A stretch of 64,000 bases of DNA from Candidatus Latescibacterota bacterium (GTDB lineage: Bacteria; Latescibacterota; UBA2968; GCA-2709665), in assembly GCA_965219995.1 (NCBI GenBank), contig CBDCOX010000002.1:1856001-1920000 (forward strand), in the 5' to 3' direction. This document shows positions 9,331 to 18,871 of this stretch, piece by piece. The notes beneath the pieces are model-generated. The model saw nothing but the letters and a program-made list of their open reading frames with translations. It ran no database searches and was not told where the DNA came from. Every line of letters begins with the position of its first letter. Position 1 is the stretch's first letter. A program made the translations under genes and the position numbers.

Positions 9331-10260
9331 TCAAGGCTCTTCGACCACGACGAACCCGAGCGAATCCACGGATGCGGACCCGAAGAGTCCGATCCCGCCC
9401 TCCACGTGGAAGAGCGGCCGCCTGAAATTCTCGCCCGCAAGCCCGCCGAACCAGCCCTCCTGCGCTCCCGGCCCCGAGCGTGCGTAGTCATACCAGTTCC
9501 GGTCCACCGCGTAAATCCTCATCAGGTGACGACCCGTGAAATAGATCGCGAACCACGGCAGCCGGACGCTCCCTTCGGTCGACTCGATCGCCGGCGAACT
9601 TCCCGTACGGTCCGGGGTCTCTTCAGATAATTCCCTGTCAACCTCTTCGGCATCCGCGTCCAGACTCACGATGCCCACCTGATAACCTGGTACGTCGATC
9701 GGGTCGAACCTGGCCTCTAGAAACCCTGTCTTGTAGACCACCCTGTTTTCCGGTGTACGATAGACCCCACCCGGCGCTTCCGCAAACGTCTTCAGCTTCT
9801 GCAGCACTTGCTCGGTCTCCTGACTCAGAACGACGCCCTCACGCAAACGGAAGTGCCGCGGCGTGATCGTCGTGGCCCGCGCCGTCGTGTCTCTTGTCGT
9901 TACGACCATGACGTACCGCGTTTCGGGGGCGACGACAGGGGGATCGGGCGGCGGCGAATACTGAAACGGGCCTGCATCCGGATCCCGGACGTACCGGAAG
10001 ACGCGGTCGCCCCGACGTATCTCCACGACGGCGTCCGGCGCCATGGCGTGCCTCGGGCTGTCGCGGTCGCCCGTAGTCACCGTCTGCGTCACGAAGACCG
10101 GGGGAAGCGGCCGTCCCACAATCAGCAGGCCGTCCAGCACGAGTTCACCCCCGGCATCCGGGCCGAACAATGATTCCGGCGTCCGTTCGGCCTGACAGGC
10201 CGCCATCAGCAACCCGAAAACGACAGCCGGGAGTTTTCGTCCGGCAATCCATGAACTCAT
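9331..10260 (-). CDS. DUF4249-like lipoprotein, partner of the TonB-dependent receptor
   Basis: Lipobox LMAAC, N-terminal ELVLDGLL and C-terminal VEGGIGLFGSAS. Lies directly downstream of the receptor. Confidence 0.7.
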   Translation of the reverse strand: MSSWIAGRKLPAVVFGLLMAACQAERTPESLFGPDAGGELVLDGLLIVGRPLPPVFVTQTVTTGDRDSPRHAMAPDAVVEIRRGDRVFRYVRDPDAGPFQYSPPPDPPVVAPETRYVMVVTTRDTTARATTITPRHFRLREGVVLSQETEQVLQKLKTFAEAPGGVYRTPENRVVYKTGFLEARFDPIDVPGYQVGIVSLDADAEEVDRELSEETPDRTGSSPAIESTEGSVRLPWFAIYFTGRHLMRIYAVDRNWYDYARSGPGAQEGWFGGLAGENFRRPLFHVEGGIGLFGSASVDSLGFVVVEEP

Positions 10261-10356
10261 CGCAAGCATCTCCCGGATCGGGACACCGGCGGCAACGCAG
10301 CAAGCCGCGAAAGACGCATCGAAGACGCATTCGGTGCCGCCAGATCCATTCGAATA

Positions 10357-12594
10357 TCAAAAGGCATAATTTATGCCCAGCGTGGGTATGACGGGCAGCA
10401 TCTTCACGACCTCGGGATCGACATTAACGGCATCCGGATCGAACTGCACGAACCATTCGTTGCGCCGGCTGTAGGCGTTGAACACCTGAATATAAGCCTC
10501 CGCGTCCGTTCGGAAAATCCGGAACCCACGTTTGATACTCACGTCCAGCCTGTGATAGGGCAGCAGCCGCGCGCTGTTCCGGTCGGCCGGCAGCGCATAG
10601 TTCTCGACTCTCGCTTCCGGCTCGGCGGGCGTCCTCAGCCTGTATACCGCCGACGCCGGCGTGAACGCCTGCCCCGTCGCGTACAGCAGATTGGCGCCGA
10701 AGGTCCACCGGCCCACCCGCCAGTTGCTCACGAAAGAGAGATCGTGCCGCCTGTCGTATTTGGGTGGAAACCTCATTCCGCCGTTCAATTCCGCGAACCG
10801 CCTTCGCGTCCATCCCAGCGTATATCCGACCCACCCGGTGACCGATCCCGTACGCCGCTGCAGGAAGAATTCAACGCCCGCAGCGACGCCGGTCCCGCCG
10901 CTCACGAACGTATCTTCGGAGGTGCCCGCTTCGGAGCCGACGGCGACGTTGTTGTCGAACAACACCAGGTTCGCAAAGTCCGTACAGTACCCTTCCATCG
11001 TCAGCTGATACCGCTTCGACGGTTCCCATTCCAACCCCGCGACGCCCTGCCAGGAACGGCCCGGTTCCACGGTCCGGTCGAGAGGGACCCAGACGTCGCC
11101 GCCGCTGAAAACCTCCGTGGTCACCAGCTGGATGTACTGCCTGTATGATCCGGCGCCCAACTTCAGCTTCAACGTCGGCGTGAACCCGTGGCTGAGGGCG
11201 AACCGGGGTTCGGCGTGAAACCGGCTTCCCTCGCTGAAATAGTTGGCGCGCGCGCCCAGCCTGACGCTGGTCTCCGCGCGCGGCTGCCACAGGTCCTGTG
11301 CATACGCCGACAACAGAATCGGCCGTTCGCGGATATCCAGCTGATCGACCTGGTTGAAGCTCTGCCGGTACGCGAAGTCATACCAGGTAGCCAGAAATCC
11401 GGAATTCAGGGAATGCCTGCTGCTCGCGAAAAAGTCCAGATCCCCTTTGATGGTTATATCCCGGATCCCGTTGGAAAACAGGATGGGGGTCTCGATCGCA
11501 CGCACTTCAGTGTAACTGTCGTATTTGCTTCCCGATACCACGAGATTTCCGAAAACCGCAGGGGAAAACACATGGGTCCATCGGCCGGTGAAGGCGGTAT
11601 TTCCCCACCGTACGTTGAAAAAACTCCCGTCCTCAAATTCGAAATTCAAGTCGTCACGTCCGAAGTATCCGCTGAGCATCAGCCTGTCACTGTCCCCGAA
11701 ATCCTGATTGAACTTTGCGTTCGTATCGTAGAAATAATAGTACGGCACTTCGGTGTCTTCGTCCCTGATCAACGAGAGTACCGGTTCCAGATACGTCCGC
11801 CTTCCGGAGACCATCCAGGACCCGTCCCCGGCCGGTCCCTCCAGGGTCATTCGCGCGGAAATCAGGCTGATCCCTCCGGTTCCCTCGAACCCCTTCCGGT
11901 TGCCGTCGCGGTTGCGCACGTCCAGAACGGAACCCAGCCTACCGCCGTATTGGGCGGGATACGCGCCTTTGTGCAGGCTCATATCCTTGATGGCGTCGGG
12001 ATTGAACGTGGAAAAGAAGCCGAACGCGTGCGTCGGGTTGTACAGCGGGATCTGATCCAGCAGGATCAGCGTCTGGTCCGGTCCACCGCCCCGGATGTAC
12101 AACCCGCTGCTGAAATCCGAAGCCGCCTGTATCCCTGGCAGCAGCTGAAGGCTGCGCAGCAGATCGGTCTCACCGACGGCGGGCAACTCCTGCAGTTGCG
12201 CGGTTTCCAGCGTAACAAAACCCGTCTGCACGTTCCGCTCCGTCTCGTACGGGTCCGCTTCGACCACGATCTCCCGGGTCAGAATCGGCTCCGGGACCAA
12301 CTGCACATGCAACTCCCGAGACTCTGTCCCGGAAAACCGAAGCGTGTCAACGTAGCTCCGGAAACCGATGTAGGTAACGAGCAACCTGTATTCGCCGGGA
12401 GGAATGTGCTGGACCGCGTAGTAACCGTCCACGTTGCTCAGCGCGCCCAGTGGCGAGTCGCCACCTTCCAGGACCACGTTCGAGTAGGGGAGCGACTCCC
12501 CGCTGGTGCCGTCCGTGACGTATCCGCTCAACGTCGCGGCACCGACGCCGCCGGGCAACAGGAAAACCAGTATCAGAAAACGCAAACCGTACAC
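10357..12594 (-). CDS. TonB-dependent receptor with an N-terminal carboxypeptidase-regulatory-like domain
   Basis: LSGYVTDGTSGESLPYSNV, plug motif DLLRSLQLLPGI...IRGGGPDQ, and a C-terminal YAF. GTG 12594 has SD GGAGG. Confidence 0.9.
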   Translation of the reverse strand: MYGLRFLILVFLLPGGVGAATLSGYVTDGTSGESLPYSNVVLEGGDSPLGALSNVDGYYAVQHIPPGEYRLLVTYIGFRSYVDTLRFSGTESRELHVQLVPEPILTREIVVEADPYETERNVQTGFVTLETAQLQELPAVGETDLLRSLQLLPGIQAASDFSSGLYIRGGGPDQTLILLDQIPLYNPTHAFGFFSTFNPDAIKDMSLHKGAYPAQYGGRLGSVLDVRNRDGNRKGFEGTGGISLISARMTLEGPAGDGSWMVSGRRTYLEPVLSLIRDEDTEVPYYYFYDTNAKFNQDFGDSDRLMLSGYFGRDDLNFEFEDGSFFNVRWGNTAFTGRWTHVFSPAVFGNLVVSGSKYDSYTEVRAIETPILFSNGIRDITIKGDLDFFASSRHSLNSGFLATWYDFAYRQSFNQVDQLDIRERPILLSAYAQDLWQPRAETSVRLGARANYFSEGSRFHAEPRFALSHGFTPTLKLKLGAGSYRQYIQLVTTEVFSGGDVWVPLDRTVEPGRSWQGVAGLEWEPSKRYQLTMEGYCTDFANLVLFDNNVAVGSEAGTSEDTFVSGGTGVAAGVEFFLQRRTGSVTGWVGYTLGWTRRRFAELNGGMRFPPKYDRRHDLSFVSNWRVGRWTFGANLLYATGQAFTPASAVYRLRTPAEPEARVENYALPADRNSARLLPYHRLDVSIKRGFRIFRTDAEAYIQVFNAYSRRNEWFVQFDPDAVNVDPEVVKMLPVIPTLGINYAF

Positions 12595-12658
12595 CAGTGC
12601 GCCTCCATCCGCCTCGAAATGCCAGGCCGGGGAACAGGCCACCGCTTCACAGCCGGGC

Positions 12659-12686
12659 AAAGAAAAACCCGGCGACGTCGCCGGGC
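12659..12686 (-). terminator. Intrinsic terminator-like hairpin just upstream of the TonB receptor
   Basis: Perfect palindrome CCCGGCGACGTCGCCGGG (12668-12685), followed on the minus strand by TTTTTCTTT. Confidence 0.6.
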
Positions 12687-12844
12687 TTCAGTGTGCAGAA
12701 ATCCGCGGGGTTGTTCGCAATAACACCCGCCCACCCGGTCTCCCCATGCTTCCTGCCATGAACGTCCGGATCCCGCGGGGAGTTCCGGGAATTCGCGACT
12801 GCGCTGCCTGGCAGGAATCCCGCGCGGCCGGCATCCGTTATTCT

Positions 12845-13876
12845 TCAGGAAAACCACTTCAGCACGCGAAGCACGCCCTGTTTCACGGGGTCCCGATGGA
12901 TGGACCTCGCGCCCGCCCGGCCTCCCTGAGATTCGTGCTCGATATACCAGTCGTAAGCCTGGATCATCGTCTCCACGTTGCTGTGCCGGGGTCTCCAGCC
13001 CAACTGCTTCATCGCATCCGAAAGGTCGAAGAAAAAGGGTTTGTGATAGGTCAGGTAGTGCCAGGGCGCGAGCGGGCAGATTCGCAGGGCATCCAGGACT
13101 TTCAGGACAGGCACGGTCAACCTGACCGGCAATCCCACGACTCTGGACGTACTGCCGGCGTGTCTGATGGTCGTGTGCAGATCTTCACGCAGTGTCGAAT
13201 ACCTGTCGGCGCCGATATTGAATACGCCCTGCCTTTCATTCTCGGCGCCCAGCAGCGCGGCCGTCACAAGGTCGTCCACGTGGACGAACTGAAACGGATT
13301 GTCGCCGTTGCCGACGACGTAGATGTTCCGGTTGTCGCGAATCCATTCGAAAAGGATCTGAAAAATGCCCAGCCTGCCCGGTCCGAGGATGGTCCGCGGG
13401 CGAAGAATCAGGCTGGGCAACCCCTTACGCGCGGCTCTCTGTACCTCCTGCTCCGCCGCGAGTTTCGCGCGGCCGTAGGCCTCGACCGGCGCCGGCGGGG
13501 TGTCGCCGGTAATCGGACACGCGTCGGGGATGCCGAATACCGCCGAGGACGACATGTGAACGAACAGCCGTACACCGGCGTCGAGCGCGGCGTTTGCGGC
13601 GATCCTCGTCCCGTCGACGTTGACGTCTCGGAACTCCGGGCCGGCCTTCGCCAGAGGCACCAGGGCGACGTTGTGGTGCACAAAGCGCACGCCCTTCATC
13701 GCGTCTCGCACGCCCTGTCGATCGCGAATGTCGCACGCCACGAACTCCGTGCCGGGCGGACGGTCCGGAGAATCGATGACGTCCAGAACTCTTACGCCCT
13801 GACCCTCGGCGCGAAGCCTGCGGACGACGTGGCTTCCCAGAAAACCCGAGCCGCCCGTTACCAGATGCAACGGCAT
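12845..13876 (-). CDS. NAD-dependent epimerase/dehydratase (extended SDR)
   Basis: TGGSGFLG, HMSSSAVFG and YGRAK (YxxxK). Confidence 0.9.
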   Translation of the reverse strand: MPLHLVTGGSGFLGSHVVRRLRAEGQGVRVLDVIDSPDRPPGTEFVACDIRDRQGVRDAMKGVRFVHHNVALVPLAKAGPEFRDVNVDGTRIAANAALDAGVRLFVHMSSSAVFGIPDACPITGDTPPAPVEAYGRAKLAAEQEVQRAARKGLPSLILRPRTILGPGRLGIFQILFEWIRDNRNIYVVGNGDNPFQFVHVDDLVTAALLGAENERQGVFNIGADRYSTLREDLHTTIRHAGSTSRVVGLPVRLTVPVLKVLDALRICPLAPWHYLTYHKPFFFDLSDAMKQLGWRPRHSNVETMIQAYDWYIEHESQGGRAGARSIHRDPVKQGVLRVLKWFS

Positions 13877-14463
13877 ACGGAAGACCTGCCCTCACCGACG
13901 CCGCGAACGACGTCGCGCGCCAGCGCAAGAACCTCATAGACGACGTGCACGGGCCTGACTCGATAGTACCAGAGGCGGTCGACTATACGTTCGCTGGAAA
14001 GGGCGCTGCAGGGAACCCGGTGGACCCGTGCAATTCTGAAGCCCGTCCTGGCGAAACAGTAACGCGCCCTGTACGAGTGGATATCGGCGCAGATCAGGTC
14101 GACGGGGCCCGGCGGCCACCGCATTCGATCGAGAAGGTACCTGCGAAGCAGCAGCGCATTGCCGAGGGTATCGACATAGCCGGACGACGCAAAGACGGGA
14201 CAGTGTATCTGCAGGCAATCCGACCTGGCGTTGAGATAGTCCCGTGCCGCCTCCTGCTCACGGACGTCGCCGCCGAACCGGTTTGCGGGCGCCAGATACA
14301 CGATGGAATCCGTCGCAGCGATCGACGCGACGTAGTCCAGCACCTGGCGAAAGACAAAGCTGGGCTCGGGAAGCGTCCTGCCGCGGGCGTCTTTCGCCAG
14401 TCCTTCCGGCACGACAACCAGGGGCCTTCCCGTCAAGACAGGAGTCCCCGGTCGATACACCAT
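13858..14463 (-). CDS. YdcF/DUF218 (ElyC/SanA)-like protein
   Basis: DTLGNA...DLICADIHSYRA...YEVLAL resembles the DUF218 T-x-x-N-A and H-x-x-R-A motifs. Overlaps both neighbours; the start is uncertain. Confidence 0.55.
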   Translation of the reverse strand: MVYRPGTPVLTGRPLVVVPEGLAKDARGRTLPEPSFVFRQVLDYVASIAATDSIVYLAPANRFGGDVREQEAARDYLNARSDCLQIHCPVFASSGYVDTLGNALLLRRYLLDRMRWPPGPVDLICADIHSYRARYCFARTGFRIARVHRVPCSALSSERIVDRLWYYRVRPVHVVYEVLALARDVVRGVGEGRSSVCRCIW

Positions 14464-15476
14464 TTGATGGACCGCCGCATGCCCTCCTCCAGGCCGATCC
14501 GCGGACAATAACCGAGTTCCCTTTCGGCTTTTTCTATCGAACACGCAATCGTCTTGTTCATCTCGGACAGGACGTGCACCTCCTGCCAGTACAGTCCGGC
14601 GCGTTGTATCATCCAGTCGCAGGCGACCGCAACCTCGCTGGCGATGGCGGGCAACCTCATCCGCCTGTGCGCCACGGGCAGATTGAATTCATGCTCCAGC
14701 AGGGTTTCAATCGTATCAACCGTCTGGTTCATCGTGTAAGGCGTCCGGTCCGCAATCCAGTAGGTCTGACCGTTCGCTTGATCGATCCGGCCGGCGAGCA
14801 GAATGGCCTGACAGAGATTATCTATATAGGTCATCGACCGCCGGTTCTCGCCCCCGCCGACGACGGGAACGCGCCCGTCCTGGATCATCTTGAAGAACCG
14901 CGTCTGCCGCGGCGGCTGGCCCGGGCCGTAAAACCAGCAGGGTCGGAGAATCGTGGTTTCCAACTCTCCCGACGCGTGCGCCGCATTGACGATATCCTCC
15001 GCCAGCTTCTTCGACTTGCCATAGCTCATGTATGGTCGATTCGGCGAATCCTCGTCGAACAGGCGCTCGTTATCGGAGTGATGGCCCGCCGGACTGTTGG
15101 ATGAAATCATCACCAGCCGCTTCACGCCGTGATCCAGGGCACAGTTGACGACGTTGCGTGCGCCGCCCGTATTTACATCGTAGAATTCCCTGGACCGCCT
15201 GGGATGAATGACGCCGATGAGGTGAAAAAGCGTGGCGCCTTCGCATTCGGAAAAAAACGGCTCGAGGGATGACGTGTCGCGCGCGTCTCCCTCGACCACG
15301 CTGACCCTTCCGGAGAATCCGCGAAGCTCGTCCGAGTTCACGCCGTTCAATACCAGACAGCGTATGCGGCGATCGGTATATGGTTCCGTCAGCGACGGCA
15401 TGCACGGCAGACCATTGACGATCGCATCGACCAGACGCGTGCCCAGCCATCCGGGCGCACCGGTAATCAGGATCAT
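14433..15476 (-). CDS. NAD-dependent epimerase/dehydratase (extended SDR)
   Basis: ITGAPGWLG, ISSNS, YGKSK and RPCWFYGP. Confidence 0.9.
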   Translation of the reverse strand: MILITGAPGWLGTRLVDAIVNGLPCMPSLTEPYTDRRIRCLVLNGVNSDELRGFSGRVSVVEGDARDTSSLEPFFSECEGATLFHLIGVIHPRRSREFYDVNTGGARNVVNCALDHGVKRLVMISSNSPAGHHSDNERLFDEDSPNRPYMSYGKSKKLAEDIVNAAHASGELETTILRPCWFYGPGQPPRQTRFFKMIQDGRVPVVGGGENRRSMTYIDNLCQAILLAGRIDQANGQTYWIADRTPYTMNQTVDTIETLLEHEFNLPVAHRRMRLPAIASEVAVACDWMIQRAGLYWQEVHVLSEMNKTIACSIEKAERELGYCPRIGLEEGMRRSIKWCIDRGLLS

Positions 15477-15524
15477 GCGCGCGATTTCCTTCCATCCTTC
15501 ACGTCCGGCCTGTCCGCACCCATC

Positions 15525-15941
15525 TCAGTCGGCGCGGGCCCCCACCCACTCGCTCCTGTTGCACGTGATATCCACGACGTTTCCGTCGGGGTCCAGCACC
15601 TTGAACGATACCGGCGGACGCACGTCAGGATCGACCGGATTGCGCTCCTTCACGTTTTCTCTCACGACCTCCGCGCCCCACGCCAGTATGCGTTCCCAGG
15701 TCGCGTCCAGGTCTTCCACGACCACGCCGAAATGGATATATTCATCCCCTTCCCGGAGCATCGGTCGACTCGAGCCCTCCGGCTGCTGGATCAACGTGAT
15801 GTTATTCGTACCGTCGCTCATATCCAGCGCGTCGCCGTGGGCGCGGTGCGCAACGAAGCGCCAGCCGATCACTTCCTCGTAGAAACGTCTGGAACGTTCC
15901 ATGTCGGCGCAACGAAGCGCCAGGTGTCTCAACAGACCCAT
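15525..15941 (-). CDS. VOC (glyoxalase/bleomycin resistance) family protein
   Basis: RHLALRCADMERSRRFYEEVIG, IHFGVVVEDL and DPDGNVVDI. ATG 15941 has SD GGAGA. Confidence 0.88.
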   Translation of the reverse strand: MGLLRHLALRCADMERSRRFYEEVIGWRFVAHRAHGDALDMSDGTNNITLIQQPEGSSRPMLREGDEYIHFGVVVEDLDATWERILAWGAEVVRENVKERNPVDPDVRPPVSFKVLDPDGNVVDITCNRSEWVGARAD

Positions 15942-16005
15942 GGTATCTCCCTTGTTGGCAATTCCTAGGGAACAGTTCGCCAATGTCTCCGCGGCCGAAC
16001 GGCTC

Positions 16006-16998
16006 TCACCGGGCATCCTGTAGAACACCTGCTGCCCTGAGAACGGTTTCCTGAACGATCAATTCGTGATCCAGCGACCGCACCGCCGGTTTCCGGCCCC
16101 TGATCTCGGCAACCATCGAGCGCAAGCTTCCCACGTACCTCGGTTCGTTCTCCACGGGTACCGTCTGCCATCCCTCGCTGAAGCCGTCGCGGGCCCCGTC
16201 CAGACAGAGGCGGACCACCGGATCCGGCTCGAGCGGCTCCATGACGATGCTCCCGCGCGTGCCGTATACCTCGAATCGACGCGACGGAAACGCGGACACT
16301 TCCAATGAGGACGACTCGACGATCGCCATCGCGTTTTCATATTCGAAAATCGCCGCGGTATTGTCCCTGAAAGCGGGCACGGTCCCCCGTTCGTTCCTGA
16401 GAAACGACGTGACCCTGTCGGGCCGTCCCAGCACCGCCACCACAATATCCACGAGATGACACAGCAGTTCGAACAGAATGCCGCCCTTATGCAACGCCAG
16501 CGCCTCACGTCTGTCATCGGCAACCAGCGTGGACATCCGCCCCCGAACGGAAAACACGTCCCCGAGCCGGCCTGATTTCACGCAGTCCAGGACGAACTGA
16601 AACCCGGCGTTGTACCGGAACATATACCCCAGCTGCAGCAGCAATCCCTTTTCCCGGGCCAGGGCGACCAGCCCCTGGAACTCCTCCCAGTCGTCTCCCG
16701 CCGGCTTATCCAGCCAGACATGCTTGCCGTGCTCGAGCGCCTCCCGGGCGAATCCCAGATTCTGTGCGATCGCTCCTTCCACCGCAATCGCCGCGATCGA
16801 GTCATCCTCGAGCATCTCCCCGCTGGCGGCGTACCAGTTGACACCCCGATACGCCTCCATCGCGCCTTTCTGAGCCCGCACGGACGGGTCAGGCTCATAG
16901 ACGCCGCAGAAATGCACGTCCGGATTCGCCTTCAGAACCGCCGCCTTTCCCGCGGCGTGCGAATGCTCGATTCCGTATTGGGCAAACCTGATTTTCAT
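16006..16998 (-). CDS. Gfo/Idh/MocA family oxidoreductase
   Basis: ALEHGKHVWLDKP, LGYMFRY and GGILFELLCHLVD. ATG 16998 has SD GGAGG. Confidence 0.9.
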   Translation of the reverse strand: MKIRFAQYGIEHSHAAGKAAVLKANPDVHFCGVYEPDPSVRAQKGAMEAYRGVNWYAASGEMLEDDSIAAIAVEGAIAQNLGFAREALEHGKHVWLDKPAGDDWEEFQGLVALAREKGLLLQLGYMFRYNAGFQFVLDCVKSGRLGDVFSVRGRMSTLVADDRREALALHKGGILFELLCHLVDIVVAVLGRPDRVTSFLRNERGTVPAFRDNTAAIFEYENAMAIVESSSLEVSAFPSRRFEVYGTRGSIVMEPLEPDPVVRLCLDGARDGFSEGWQTVPVENEPRYVGSLRSMVAEIRGRKPAVRSLDHELIVQETVLRAAGVLQDAR

Positions 16999-17151
16999 GA
17001 TTCCTCCTGTCCGCCATATCGACTCGATTTCCGAAATGCTCCGCACGGCTTGCTCCGGGAGCACCGGGACATTCGGCGTGTTCGATCGCGGCGGCGCGCC
17101 TCGACGCCCTACCCGCATTCCGGCGGATCGGCAGCGTCCCGGGAAGCTGTT

Positions 17152-18126
17152 TTAAAACGGCGCCTTTACCCCCAGTTCCGCCGCGACTCTTTTCAGATCC
17201 CTCTGATGATCCCGACCGATTGGAATCCCCTCCACGGCCCAGCTGTGCTCGCGTTCCCATTCCAGCGCCCCGGGAAGCAACGCGCGGTCCTCGCCCGGGA
17301 ACGGCTGGAGTCCTCGCACGGCAGTTACAAAGTCATCCATCTGCCGTTGAAACGTTTCCCTCGGCACAAAGCCGGAAATATCCACGGCCAGGATGAACGA
17401 CCCCTGGTTCACGGCCGGCCATTCCGCGCCCTGCTCGTCGAACGTCTGAATTCCAGCCAGCAGGCCTCCCAGCGCGTGGCAGACCGCACCCAGACCGAGA
17501 CTCTTGAAGAACGACGAAGGCATGCGTTGAAATACCGTTTCGAAGTCCGCGTTTCCGCCCAGCGCGACACCGGTAGACATGTCCAGCACGACCGGGTGCT
17601 CCCCGCCCGACGGAATTGCGAAACTCATCGGCGAAGCGCCGTTGGCCGCCATGATTCCCTGTCCGGACGAGAGGCGCCGGACGTGCGACGACACGACGAA
17701 GCCGGCCATGCCGGCGCCGGAAATGACCCGGGAGTACTTGCCCGCAGCCCCGAAATGGAAGTGGTTGCGCGTGACCACCGCCGCAAGTCCCGCGGCGCGG
17801 GCCTTTTCCACGGCGAGGTGCGCCGCCCGCCAGGAAGCAAAGTGCCCCAGTCCGCCGTCCCCGTCAATCGTGCCTGTCGCCGGGGCCTGGCACACGACGG
17901 ACACGTCCGGGTTCGGGTTCAGATCTCCGTCGCGCAGGAGAGCCAGGTAGCGCGCCGACTGCCGCGTACCGTGACTGAACACGCCGCGAATATCCGTACC
18001 CACAAGAAGCCGGGCCATCAGCCGCGCCCGGCCCCCGGACATATGCACCCGTCGATACATCTCGAACACGAACTCGCGCATGCGCTCCGGCATCACCCGC
18101 ACGAATTCCGCGGGAACGACATTCAC
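17152..18126 (-). CDS. Ldh_2 (malate/L-lactate/ureidoglycolate dehydrogenase-like) oxidoreductase
   Basis: DIRGVFSHG, IDGDGGLG, RNHFHFGAAG, VLDMST and LLPG. GTG 18126 has SD GGAGG. Confidence 0.88.
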   Translation of the reverse strand: MNVVPAEFVRVMPERMREFVFEMYRRVHMSGGRARLMARLLVGTDIRGVFSHGTRQSARYLALLRDGDLNPNPDVSVVCQAPATGTIDGDGGLGHFASWRAAHLAVEKARAAGLAAVVTRNHFHFGAAGKYSRVISGAGMAGFVVSSHVRRLSSGQGIMAANGASPMSFAIPSGGEHPVVLDMSTGVALGGNADFETVFQRMPSSFFKSLGLGAVCHALGGLLAGIQTFDEQGAEWPAVNQGSFILAVDISGFVPRETFQRQMDDFVTAVRGLQPFPGEDRALLPGALEWEREHSWAVEGIPIGRDHQRDLKRVAAELGVKAPF

Positions 18127-18151
18127 GCCATCTCCCTCCTGGGGCCTGAGT

Positions 18152-18838
18152 CTACATGATCCCGAACCGGTCCCACGCTTCTCTCGAGGACATCCCGCCT
18201 TCAATCGCCTCCCGGACCCGGTTCTCTCCCCTCACCTTGTCCAGCGCCCGGTGAATGACGTCGGGCACGGAATCGGACGGGACGATCACCACGCCGTCCA
18301 GGTCGCCGAACACGATATCGCCTGGCGAGACCACGGCGCCGTTCGAAAACGTAAGCGTACAGCGATAGTCGACCACCCGCCCCCGCACCCTCTGGTCCTG
18401 AGCGTACCGACCGGCGCAGAACGTCGGAAAGTTCAATTCAAATATGCCCCGGGTATCGCGGCTGAATCCGTCCAGAACGGCGCCTGCCGCTCCCAGCTTC
18501 AACGCCCTCGTACTCAACAGTTCGCCCCAAAGCGCGTAGGTGGGTGATGCCCCGGTACAGATATAGACGTCGTTCGCGGCCAGATCGTCGAGCGCCTCGA
18601 ACATCAGGCCGAACGCCCGGTTGCCGTCCGCGGAACGGTCGTCCGGGTCCGTGTAATCGGCCTCCAGGACCGGCATCGCCCGCCCCGCCACGACCATATC
18701 ATCTCGCAACGGCTGAATCTCCGGCGGCAGGAACTGCCTGACCAGGCCCGCTTTGTCCATCACGTCGCCGACCACGGCGGTGAACAGTTCACGCTTCATC
18801 AGCTCGAAGAGGCCGGCATCATCGCACCATTCGGTCAT
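18152..18838 (-). CDS. RraA family / HMG aldolase-like protein
   Basis: TAVVGDVMD, ALWGELLS, GAVLDGFSRD and PGDIVFGDLDGVV. Confidence 0.9.
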   Translation of the reverse strand: MTEWCDDAGLFELMKRELFTAVVGDVMDKAGLVRQFLPPEIQPLRDDMVVAGRAMPVLEADYTDPDDRSADGNRAFGLMFEALDDLAANDVYICTGASPTYALWGELLSTRALKLGAAGAVLDGFSRDTRGIFELNFPTFCAGRYAQDQRVRGRVVDYRCTLTFSNGAVVSPGDIVFGDLDGVVIVPSDSVPDVIHRALDKVRGENRVREAIEGGMSSREAWDRFGIM

Positions 18839-18871
18839 AGCCTCACCCTCTGGAACACCAGAGACAGCTGC

